The position numbers were made by a program, and so were the translations under genes. The notes under the pieces are model-generated. The model had not been told where the DNA came from. It saw only the letters and a program-made list of their open reading frames with translations, and made no database searches. Shown here one piece after another: positions 8,198-15,989 of a stretch of DNA of 64,000 bases; within the stretch, counting starts at the first letter, position 1, and each line of letters opens with the position of its first letter. Source of the stretch: Patescibacteria group bacterium UBA6489 (GTDB lineage: Bacteria > Patescibacteriota > Gracilibacteria > BD1-5 > UBA6164); NCBI GenBank assembly GCA_002435385.1, contig DJMN01000007.1, positions 10,695 through 74,694 of the forward strand, written 5' to 3'.

Positions 8198-9220
8198 TTA
8201 CTCTACGTCGAATTTGACGGTAACAGGAGCAGACATATCGCCACCTTTGTTTCCATGCAGCTCATAAGCTGCTTTTGACTTGAATTCAGAGAAAAACCCA
8301 TAATCCTTAGCCAGTTTATAGGTATCTTCCTGAAATTTGGGGAAATCCCCTTGGTAGAATGCCATTTCCTCATCAGGAGTAAAGATTTTACTTCCACCCA
8401 ACATAGTTTTGACTTCACCTAGGCTATTCCCAGTTTTATTCATGATCTCCAACATCAATGAATTGTATTCATCACCACGACCAGACAGAATCACGGAAGC
8501 AGTTTTATCCCACAATGCACGCAGGAATTTTGCCTTGTGGTCAAAATCATCCACATCAGTTCCCAATGCAATCATATCGATAATGGTTTTGGGAAATTCA
8601 GCGGATGTTCCAGCCATGTTTCCTTCAGAGCTGTAGGCAGTATCCAAGGCAGGATTCCATGTGACAATATTGTCATATTTCCCTGCCAAATAACCAGACA
8701 GTAACACCGAATCTGCATCCACATGAATCAGGTTGAAATCCTTTTGGGGATCAAGTCCCATGGATTTTGCCTTTTCGATGAAAAGCTGTTCAGAGATGCT
8801 TGCTCGAACCATGTATACATCCTGTCCCTTGATATCATTCAAAGAGCTCCCATTTCTGAGTATAATACCATCATTACCAGCAGAATAATCTTGCAAGACA
8901 ATGGCGGTCATGTTACGACCAGAAAGGGCTAGCATTTGGTCCAGGTTGGTTACTGTTACTGCATCAACAGCAGCAGTACTGGCCATTGCCAGAGACTGTA
9001 GATAGTCGGGTTGATGGTTGAGGCTCAGCTTACATCCGTATTGTCTCTCAATGTCATTATAGAGCCCCGCATTCTGAGCTGCATCAATTGCAACCCAGTT
9101 TATATACAGGCTTGTACTCAAGCTTACATCACAAGTGTTTGCAACGACCGATGATAGTCCCACAACGACCGATGACAATCCCACAACAATAGAAATTACA
9201 ATTTTTACAAATTGTCTCAT
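8198..9220 (-). CDS. periplasmic substrate-binding protein, SsuA/TauA (NMT1-like) family
   Basis: Signal peptide. NDGIILRNGSSLNDIKGQDVYMV...LIHVDADSVLLSGYLAGKYDNIVTWNPAL matches the NitT/TauT binding-protein pattern. AGGAG RBS. TAA stop. Confidence 0.75.
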   Translation of the reverse strand: MRQFVKIVISIVVGLSSVVVGLSSVVANTCDVSLSTSLYINWVAIDAAQNAGLYNDIERQYGCKLSLNHQPDYLQSLAMASTAAVDAVTVTNLDQMLALSGRNMTAIVLQDYSAGNDGIILRNGSSLNDIKGQDVYMVRASISEQLFIEKAKSMGLDPQKDFNLIHVDADSVLLSGYLAGKYDNIVTWNPALDTAYSSEGNMAGTSAEFPKTIIDMIALGTDVDDFDHKAKFLRALWDKTASVILSGRGDEYNSLMLEIMNKTGNSLGEVKTMLGGSKIFTPDEEMAFYQGDFPKFQEDTYKLAKDYGFFSEFKSKAAYELHGNKGGDMSAPVTVKFDVE

Positions 9221-9274
9221 CTTTTTCTCCTACTAGAGTCGTAAAATGTTAATGACCAATACTATAACTATTTT

Positions 9275-9287
9275 GGCTATAATAGCC
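9275..9287. promoter_or_regulatory. 13-bp palindrome (candidate operator) at the predicted transcription start of the ABC operon
   Basis: ggctat-a-atagcc, immediately downstream of the -10 box. Confidence 0.35.
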
Positions 9288-9293
9288 TTCTAT

Positions 9294-9321
9294 ATAATAG
9301 ATGGAAAAAATAAAAAGTCAA
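9294..9321 (-). promoter_or_regulatory. sigma70-type promoter of the ABC/AAA+ operon
   Basis: Minus strand: TTGACT (9321-9316), 16-nt spacer, TATTAT (9299-9294). Confidence 0.5.
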
Positions 9322-9497
9322 TTTTTTTTTCAGTTCTATTGTAGTAATCCTTCTTTTCAGATTTAGCGATAACGGTATCTGGAGTTTTTTTTATGGCTAT
9401 TCAAATCAAAAGGCTGTTTGTGAAGACGGATAATCTTTTCTTCATTGCTCTTCTATATATCAACTTATTGTGGCTTTGTTAAATCATAATTGAAGAT

Positions 9498-9532
9498 AAA
9501 AAAAGGCACATGGGGTTTCCATGTGCCTTTTT
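9498..9532 (-). terminator. rho-independent terminator after the pspA-like gene
   Basis: ggcacatgg-ggttt-ccatgtgcc, followed on the minus strand by a T7 run. Confidence 0.75.
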
Positions 9533-9575
9533 CGCTCTCCTTTTTTTACGATTTTGTTTTGTTTGGGTTTTAGAC

Positions 9576-10376
9576 TTAGACTTTTCGCTCAGTCTCAGAA
9601 ATTTCCTCTACAGGTACGGTAGAACCTGCTTTTTTTGCCTTGTTTGCAGCAGCACGCTCGGCAAGTATTTTCTGGAGTTTATCGTTTGAAGCGGAGCCTT
9701 TGACTCTATTTTTGTAACGCTTCATACGATTATCCATATTGGTACCAGATACCTCCTTAGCTACGCTAAGTTCAGCTTTTTCTTGTGCCAGTTTTTGCCT
9801 TACAGCAGAGACCGCACTCATATCATCAGATTGCATCAGACCAGAACGTTCCGCTTCTACATCCTTCCTAAGACGTACGATTTCCATTTGGGCAACCGTA
9901 CTTTCCGCCTCTTGTTCGAGACCACGGATCTCTTCCGATAGATCCCTCATGACAGCTACATACTCTTCCTTATCAGCATTAAGAGCCTCAATATTTGAGG
10001 CTAATGATTCCTGCTCTGAATCAATTGCTGTTTGGCGAGCATCCAGACGGTTGAAATCTTCCAAAAGTTCAGCATTTTCAGGGTCTTCTTCAATTTCTTG
10101 AATAAGACCTTCGATTGCTTCCCCCAGTTCAGCTTCTTCATCACTGAGCTCTTTCAATTTCAATTCCAGTTGACTTTGCTCCATCTGAATGCGACCAACC
10201 GCCGTTTTGATGTTGTTAAATCTTTCGATTTTATCATCTTTGGCTTGGTTGTACGTAGCCCTGATAGCATCTGGACTAGAAGTCTGGGCTGCCTTGATGC
10301 CTTTGTCCATCTTGTAGGTACCAATGCTCAGTACCCACATAGCACCACGAAAAATAGTTTTGAAAAAACTAGCCAT
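9576..10376 (-). CDS. pspA: PspA/IM30 (phage-shock protein A / Vipp1) family coiled-coil protein
   Basis: 266 aa starting at MASFFKTIFRG (amphipathic N-terminus). SPDAIRATYNQAKDDKIERFNNIKTAVGRIQMEQSQLE followed by long heptad-rich helices. The ATG overlaps the upstream TAG (ATGGCTAG). GGAG RBS. The ORF track extends the ORF to 10421. Confidence 0.6.
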   Translation of the reverse strand: MASFFKTIFRGAMWVLSIGTYKMDKGIKAAQTSSPDAIRATYNQAKDDKIERFNNIKTAVGRIQMEQSQLELKLKELSDEEAELGEAIEGLIQEIEEDPENAELLEDFNRLDARQTAIDSEQESLASNIEALNADKEEYVAVMRDLSEEIRGLEQEAESTVAQMEIVRLRKDVEAERSGLMQSDDMSAVSAVRQKLAQEKAELSVAKEVSGTNMDNRMKRYKNRVKGSASNDKLQKILAERAAANKAKKAGSTVPVEEISETERKV

Positions 10377-11217
10377 GTTTTTCTCCATACTTTTGATAAA
10401 GGTTTTTGAGATTTTGCTCATCGCTCATGCTAAATCGATTGAGTCTTGCTTGAACTTGTTTCGATGCTTCAACAGCTAAAGTAAGCTCATCTGAATTTCG
10501 GTTCACTATATTTTGTGAATCAAAACTTGATGTTGCTGAAGCTAGATTGAGTTCACTGGATTGGAACGACAAGATAAGCTTTTGAAGGACAGAGGTCAGT
10601 TCAGAAATTTTTTGTTCATTACTGTTGTAAATCCCAATATTTTTCTGAATGATAGCTCTGTTTTCTTTATCAGCTTTACTTAATTGCCTTTCTAACTTCG
10701 AAAGACTGGTTTTGCTTTGAATGACTTGTAAATCGGCAATCTCCTTTAAAAGGTTTACGCCTGAATGAAAACCTTGATCGGCTTTCGATTCAAACTCATA
10801 AAAAAGCTCTTCAGATATGATTTCCTGATCCCTGATGGCATGAACAAACGATTGATACGAATTCCAGAGGTCTTTTTTGAGTTTTTCACCACCTTTTAGG
10901 TTGTATAACTCAATTTCATTGAACTCTGCCCTTCGCTTTTCTTTCATCTGTTCTTTATGCCAATCTTGGTATATCAGTGCACCTTCCTTGGCTATTTCTT
11001 CAGCATTAGCTATCCGATACCACCAAAATGATGTACCGAGGATACCAAGAGGAATCAGTGAAAAAATCTGAAAAAAGGATGGTATACTACTCAAAGCTAT
11101 CCCTAGAGGGGTAGCTATAAGGCTGACAAGACCAAAGAGAGTGAGCGGACTACGTTTAAATTTCTCCTTCACATAGTTATGTGCAAACTCTCTTGCTTCC
11201 TCTAAGTAGCTGGACAC
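10369..11217 (-). CDS. 2-TM hairpin membrane protein with long cytoplasmic coiled coil (putative PspA partner)
   Basis: GTG start with GGAG 8 nt upstream. Two hydrophobic helices (LTLFGLVSLIATPLGIALSSIPSFFQIFSLIPLGILGTSFWWY) followed by about 190 aa of helical sequence. Translationally coupled to the pspA-like gene. Confidence 0.6.
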   Translation of the reverse strand: MSSYLEEAREFAHNYVKEKFKRSPLTLFGLVSLIATPLGIALSSIPSFFQIFSLIPLGILGTSFWWYRIANAEEIAKEGALIYQDWHKEQMKEKRRAEFNEIELYNLKGGEKLKKDLWNSYQSFVHAIRDQEIISEELFYEFESKADQGFHSGVNLLKEIADLQVIQSKTSLSKLERQLSKADKENRAIIQKNIGIYNSNEQKISELTSVLQKLILSFQSSELNLASATSSFDSQNIVNRNSDELTLAVEASKQVQARLNRFSMSDEQNLKNLYQKYGEKHG

Positions 11218-11239
11218 ATTGTTTTCTCCGTAAGGTTAG

Positions 11240-12823
11240 TTAGTAGTCAATGAACATAATCTCAACTGTATTGTTATCATTGATGTAGTTTCCATAACTT
11301 TGTCCAGCTTTTTTAGCAGGAGTCATAGTAGAACCAACACCAATTGATGAAATACGATTTGGATCGATTTGGTAGTACTTTTGTAGGTATTTATATACCC
11401 GATCAGATTTTGCCTGAGTCCTTTGTTGTATAACTTCTTCGTTAATTCCGCGTATTTGCGCAGATTTTCCAACGATAGCGATATAATAGTCAAAGTTCCC
11501 AATTTGCTGCTGTGCAAAGCGATCAAGAATTGCTTTCGCATTGTTATCCAATTTTCCATCACGAAGAAATGTTATCTTCAAGTCATCACGAGTGAATTTT
11601 GGATTCCTAATAAGTTTACGCCAAGTCGATTCTTGGAGTTTTGTGTAAACTCTTGCTTCTGCTGCAGGCTTTTTTATGGCATCATCTGGATACGAGTTAA
11701 ACACACCCCTGAGTACTTTGTCATAAACAATGGATCTTGAGTCACCATTTGGAAGCGGTGATTCAGGAATTGCATCCATTTTTATCAGTTTAATGACAAT
11801 AGCATCAATATAGTCTAAGACTTTTCCTTCAGATGAAGAATTCGCCCTGAAAAGTGTGTAACTGTTATCGGCAAGGTTGTAAAAATGAACACCTGCTAAG
11901 TTTTCGGCTATCTCAATTTGATCTCGAGCATCTTTACCTCCACCTTCGGTAAGTTCAATTTCACTATACAGTTCTGTTGGGTTGTTAGCGTAATAGCTAA
12001 CAGACTCATAGTAGCTGTATAGCATGTTTTGTATGCTTTCCGGTTTTTCTAGCAGAACACCCCTGTTTACAACGTATACATCAACGATTCTTGCAAGTTT
12101 CAGTTCATTGGATCCCATTAGCACTTCATAACCTTGTTTTTTAGCTCTTGAAATGTATGGTTCCCATAGTCCTGCTACTTTACATTTATCACTGAGTAAG
12201 TCGGCGTAGGTTTGTTCAATATCTTCATTTGCTTTTCCTTTCAGAAGAATAGGAAGCCCTGTGTCTACTGCCATGCTTCCAAGCATGAAACGAGATGTAT
12301 AACAGGAATCAACTTTTAAAAGTCCTTTTAAATCATTGATGCTTTTGAAGTTTTTCGGGTCTGCAAGTACTGCATCAGATCCTGTTGACCAGGATATTGC
12401 TGCAACAATCACAGGAGCTTTGCTTGTATCTACCCCAAGATGATAGAGCTGCTCCAGATAATCATGAATAGGCATTACTGCAAAATCATATTCACCTGAA
12501 ACAAGTTTTTTCACCCGAGAAGGATAATCTCCTTTATCATCGATAAAGTTGAGAGCTAACGATTTTTTTTGAAGCTCGAATTTGAATCTCTTGCTTCTCA
12601 AAATCGCATATCCGTCATAGCCATCACCAGCACCATTGAGTATTGTTTCCTCTTTAGATGACTGGGTTAGCTTTGCGATTTTTTCCTGCTTTCTATCTTC
12701 ACCAACCTTATCAAAGACGCCTTTGTAGTCCAGAAAAGCAACAATACTGGCAATGATAGCTGTCCAAACAAGTATGGGAAAAATATACTTATTTCGTGAA
12801 GAACCGGTAGATGGCCCATTCAT
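11240..12823 (-). CDS. membrane-anchored SsuA-like binding domain fused to an OmpA-like peptidoglycan-binding domain
   Basis: N-terminal TM (YIFPILVWTAIIASIVAFL). Central NMT1/SsuA-like region (STGSDAVLADPKNFKSINDLKG...GLWEPYISRA). C-terminal OmpA-like region (YYIAIVGKS...RTQAKSDRVYKYLQ...RISSIGVGSTMP). The likely start is the 2nd ATG (12823) after GGAGG. The ORF track starts at 12835. Confidence 0.6.
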   Translation of the reverse strand: MNGPSTGSSRNKYIFPILVWTAIIASIVAFLDYKGVFDKVGEDRKQEKIAKLTQSSKEETILNGAGDGYDGYAILRSKRFKFELQKKSLALNFIDDKGDYPSRVKKLVSGEYDFAVMPIHDYLEQLYHLGVDTSKAPVIVAAISWSTGSDAVLADPKNFKSINDLKGLLKVDSCYTSRFMLGSMAVDTGLPILLKGKANEDIEQTYADLLSDKCKVAGLWEPYISRAKKQGYEVLMGSNELKLARIVDVYVVNRGVLLEKPESIQNMLYSYYESVSYYANNPTELYSEIELTEGGGKDARDQIEIAENLAGVHFYNLADNSYTLFRANSSSEGKVLDYIDAIVIKLIKMDAIPESPLPNGDSRSIVYDKVLRGVFNSYPDDAIKKPAAEARVYTKLQESTWRKLIRNPKFTRDDLKITFLRDGKLDNNAKAILDRFAQQQIGNFDYYIAIVGKSAQIRGINEEVIQQRTQAKSDRVYKYLQKYYQIDPNRISSIGVGSTMTPAKKAGQSYGNYINDNNTVEIMFIDY

Positions 12824-12845
12824 GATTACCTCCATAAAGGGTTGA

Positions 12846-12874
12846 GAAGGACTCCTAAACTTCAGGAGTCCTTC
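12846..12874 (-). promoter_or_regulatory. intercistronic hairpin (11-bp stem)
   Basis: gaaggactcct-aaacttc-aggagtccttc, between the vWA stop and the next start. No U-run follows. Confidence 0.4.
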
Positions 12875-12880
12875 ATGGGG

Positions 12881-13519
12881 TTAAAAGTCTTGCACGACGA
12901 ACTCGGAACTTCCAGGTACCTCAGCCTTGATTGCCTGTTTAAGGGCATTCGTTAGCTGTTGAGTTGATGAAGCATCGGCAAAGTCGGTTACTTGCATCAA
13001 CTTATGCCTAGTAATTCCAAACCCAATGGTCTTTATATTGATTCCACTTGCAATTGCTTCGTCAACGGCGTTAAGCATACGTTCTTCTTTGTCTGCCGCA
13101 CCATCAGTTACAACTACAATGGTATAAAAACCATATCCACCTTGCGATTGTTTCTGCTGATCCAAGTACTGTTTTACAGCCAGGATAGCAGGACCGATAG
13201 GAGTACCCCCACCAGCCTTCAATTGATTTACAGAATTAATAGCATCTTGTTTCTTACCCATTATATTCTGTAGTTGAACAATATATCCATGATTGAGAGC
13301 ATAAATACCAAAATTGTAATCATCTGGTATCCCTTGAATCAGCTGAACCACAGATTCTTTTGCTTGATCAAGCTTGCTTTTCCAAAATATGGATCCCATA
13401 CTTCCAGAATCATCAAAGATAATGACTACGTTCTTTCTCAGGTTAAGGTCTTCTTCCGCTGTGGCCGTAAACGGTAAGTAAAGGATTCCCAAGAAGATAA
13501 AAATCCAAAATTTATTCAT
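12881..13519 (-). CDS. secreted von Willebrand factor type A (vWA) domain protein
   Basis: Signal peptide. Intact MIDAS residues: VVIIFDDSGSMG (DxSxS), GGGTP (T), VVVTDGA (D). GGAGGAG RBS. Ends ...EFVVQDF. Confidence 0.85.
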   Translation of the reverse strand: MNKFWIFIFLGILYLPFTATAEEDLNLRKNVVIIFDDSGSMGSIFWKSKLDQAKESVVQLIQGIPDDYNFGIYALNHGYIVQLQNIMGKKQDAINSVNQLKAGGGTPIGPAILAVKQYLDQQKQSQGGYGFYTIVVVTDGAADKEERMLNAVDEAIASGINIKTIGFGITRHKLMQVTDFADASSTQQLTNALKQAIKAEVPGSSEFVVQDF

Positions 13520-13533
13520 TTTTTATCTCCTCC

Positions 13534-15252
13534 TTAGAAGTCTTGAACGGCTTCAAATGATTGAATTTCCGCGTTATAATTGGTTACGTTAAACTCAACA
13601 CGGATATTGCTATCAAATTCGGCTTGGTTTTTCGGACGTTCGTGAATAGGGCTTCCTGCTCCATCACCATGAACAACGAGTTTATAGGCCTGCAAGTCAA
13701 TCTTGTTTGCGATTGCATAATCAACAATAGCTGCCTTAACAGCATTTGCACGTTCCTTTGAAGTGCGTTCAGCTGCATTTTGGACGTTGTTACGTTCCAT
13801 GGTAATGCGTTGGATAGACATCTGAGCCAGATTGTAGTTGCTTTTCAACACTTTGTTGAGATAAGCTTCCACTTTCATAAGTCCAGTGTTATTTCCACTT
13901 TTCTTAAACTCAATTGCCTTATTCCACCCACGCAGTAGGGATGGATCAACATGACCCACAATATTTAGAACTGCACCAGGATAGGTATTGGCATAGTTTA
14001 TTACTGCATCGAAATTTTTTCCATATTCGCTTACAGTGAAACTATTTTGGTTGGGCTCAAACAGAATTTTGTCTGAAAAAAGTACTTGACCTTGTCCAGA
14101 CTTTTTCAGTTCGGATACTTCTTGCTCAATTCTGGCAGTCACCTCTTTATCTGCCTGTAGGACATGAGCTTCCTGTGATACTTTGACATTCCAGTCAGTC
14201 ACAGGAATATTCAGATCTCCATTAGAAACCAATCCCACTTTTTTGAACTCACCAACGATTCTTGCAACTTTCCGAGGAAAGTTGTTTGGGTTGGTAGGTG
14301 AGTACATAAAGTTGTTACTTATTTCCATGTTATGGAAACGGGCATCGTCACGCAAGCCTTCAGTATCAGCAATATTCTGATGACTTGCGCTTCCGAACAT
14401 AATGGTTGCAGCCTCTTTTACGAGATTACCATCCAATAGTTTGGTTTTTGCAGCACTCAAAAAACCCTCACGGATTTTTTTCAGCTGAGCTTTGTTGTCC
14501 TTTGCCCAATCGGAACGAACCAAGATGATATCCTTGATTGATTCGTTCATTGCCTTGGTTGTAACCAGTATAGACAGACCAGGTATTGCGGCCGTTCCCT
14601 CAGTGAGGGTGGCAGCACTTGGACTGATGACGAAAGCCATATCAATAGATTGATCTTCAGCAATAGCAGTTTCTGGTGAATCATCACCAAAAAGGTTTGG
14701 CAGATATTTGATGTTTATATCCGTAATCGAAAGACCATTCTTTGTCAACAAATCAACCAGCCATCCCATATGGGGGCCGCCATACTGAATGGCAACCGTA
14801 ACGGTTTTACCACCTTTAACTGCAGTAACAAATTCATTGATGTTGTTAAAGCTACGAGTAACCACAACATCCCCACCATTAGAATCGGTCACAGAATGGA
14901 AAATTTCCATTTTAACACCTACCGATTGCAAAGCATCAACAAGCATTGTACCAGAGCCCACCGTTTGGCGAATAAACGGAGTTTTACCGGAGATGACATT
15001 CTTGATTTGCTCAAGAGGATCATCAACCAGCTTTACACCGCCAGGAAACAAGGATATGTTTCCTAATGCCAGAATCATATCTCCCCAGGTAATACCTTGG
15101 TAGATATAATCCTTTGATACGGGTTGGACGGATACTCCTGATACCTGTTGGTAAAAAGGAGTTGGCGAGATGTAATTGACAGCCTTAGCATTTGTCATAC
15201 CTATAAATATTGTTAGTAAAATAACAATACTAAGAATTCCATGTTTTTTCAT
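13534..15252 (-). CDS. secreted SsuA-like binding domain fused to a C-terminal OmpA-like domain
   Basis: Signal peptide MKKHGILSIVILLTIFIGMTNA. Central binding-protein-like fold (TVAIQYGGPHMGWLVDLLTKNGL...). C-terminal ILFEPNQNSF...LNIVGHVD...ERANAVKAAIVDY...GDGAGSP. Ends ...FEAVQDF. Confidence 0.6.
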   Translation of the reverse strand: MKKHGILSIVILLTIFIGMTNAKAVNYISPTPFYQQVSGVSVQPVSKDYIYQGITWGDMILALGNISLFPGGVKLVDDPLEQIKNVISGKTPFIRQTVGSGTMLVDALQSVGVKMEIFHSVTDSNGGDVVVTRSFNNINEFVTAVKGGKTVTVAIQYGGPHMGWLVDLLTKNGLSITDINIKYLPNLFGDDSPETAIAEDQSIDMAFVISPSAATLTEGTAAIPGLSILVTTKAMNESIKDIILVRSDWAKDNKAQLKKIREGFLSAAKTKLLDGNLVKEAATIMFGSASHQNIADTEGLRDDARFHNMEISNNFMYSPTNPNNFPRKVARIVGEFKKVGLVSNGDLNIPVTDWNVKVSQEAHVLQADKEVTARIEQEVSELKKSGQGQVLFSDKILFEPNQNSFTVSEYGKNFDAVINYANTYPGAVLNIVGHVDPSLLRGWNKAIEFKKSGNNTGLMKVEAYLNKVLKSNYNLAQMSIQRITMERNNVQNAAERTSKERANAVKAAIVDYAIANKIDLQAYKLVVHGDGAGSPIHERPKNQAEFDSNIRVEFNVTNYNAEIQSFEAVQDF

Positions 15253-15332
15253 GGTTGTTTTCTCCAGTTTAAAATTTCTGAGAATGTTAACGAGCGTACT
15301 AAGATACTAAGGATTATTTCTTAGATTTTTAA

Positions 15333-15360
15333 AATATAAAAAATAAATACAAAATGTCAA
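15333..15360 (-). promoter_or_regulatory. sigma70-type promoter of the five-gene pspA module
   Basis: Minus strand: TTGACA (15360-15355), 16-nt spacer, TATATT (15338-15333), about 80 nt upstream of ATG 15252. Confidence 0.5.
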
Positions 15361-15660
15361 GATAAAATGGGAAGAATTTTTCACGAAATGCAACTTTTAC
15401 ATTTTTATATGTCAATTAAACTCCTCTATCTCAGTTCTAATCCTCTACTATATGACTTACTTGAACAAGAACATAAATTTCTCATGATTTTTTTGAGATG
15501 AATATGAAGAGGAATTTAATGGCGAGTGATGGTTTTTCTATAAAGAAATACTTGATTTTACAATTGAGAGATTTGATCCTCATATGCATAAATGTATACA
15601 AAAATTGAAATTAAAATCTAATTTTTAAATTTTCACAAAAATCACTATTGAAAAATTAGA

Positions 15661-15696
15661 AAAATAACTACAAAATATTTATCTTGTAGTTATTTT
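15661..15696. terminator. orphan terminator-like hairpin in the noncoding tract
   Basis: aaaataactacaa-aatatttatc-ttgtagttatttt. Confidence 0.4.
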
Positions 15697-15749
15697 TTGA
15701 TTCCAAAAATTTTTAAATATAGTACAATTATATAATTAAAAAAAATAAA

Positions 15750-15989
15750 ATGGATAATATTAATAAATTTTCTGTTGCTGATATAATAAACATAATACAT
15801 CAGATAATTATTATATTATATTTATTATATTCACTAAAGATAATCTATAAATACTTTAAGTATAATAAAAAACGAAATTTAATATGATTAATAAAAAAGT
15901 TAGCCATAGTTTTCCTATACTATGTACCAGTTTCTATATTATTTTCAATTATTGAATGGTGGTTATTATCTTGTAGTATGTGTATATAG
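15750..15989 (+). CDS. possible small membrane protein (79 aa)
   Basis: ATG..TAG in frame with one read-through TGA. Hydrophobic. No homology recognised. Lies in an otherwise noncoding AT-rich tract. Confidence 0.2.

Noticed and set aside
5605-10409. Short ORFs nested in or antisense to the island genes (5605..5886, 5950..6267, 6367..6744, 6808..7035, 7625..7915, 8042..8278, 8409..8636, 9739..10101, 10032..10409 and others)
   Set aside because: They overlap much longer ORFs that have clear family signatures and ribosome-binding sites. They have no RBS or motif of their own.
4673-15252. Prophage or defence-island interpretation of the foreign segment
   Set aside because: I recognised no capsid, tail, integrase, nuclease, methylase or toxin-antitoxin signatures. 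All nine products look like envelope, transport or ATPase proteins.
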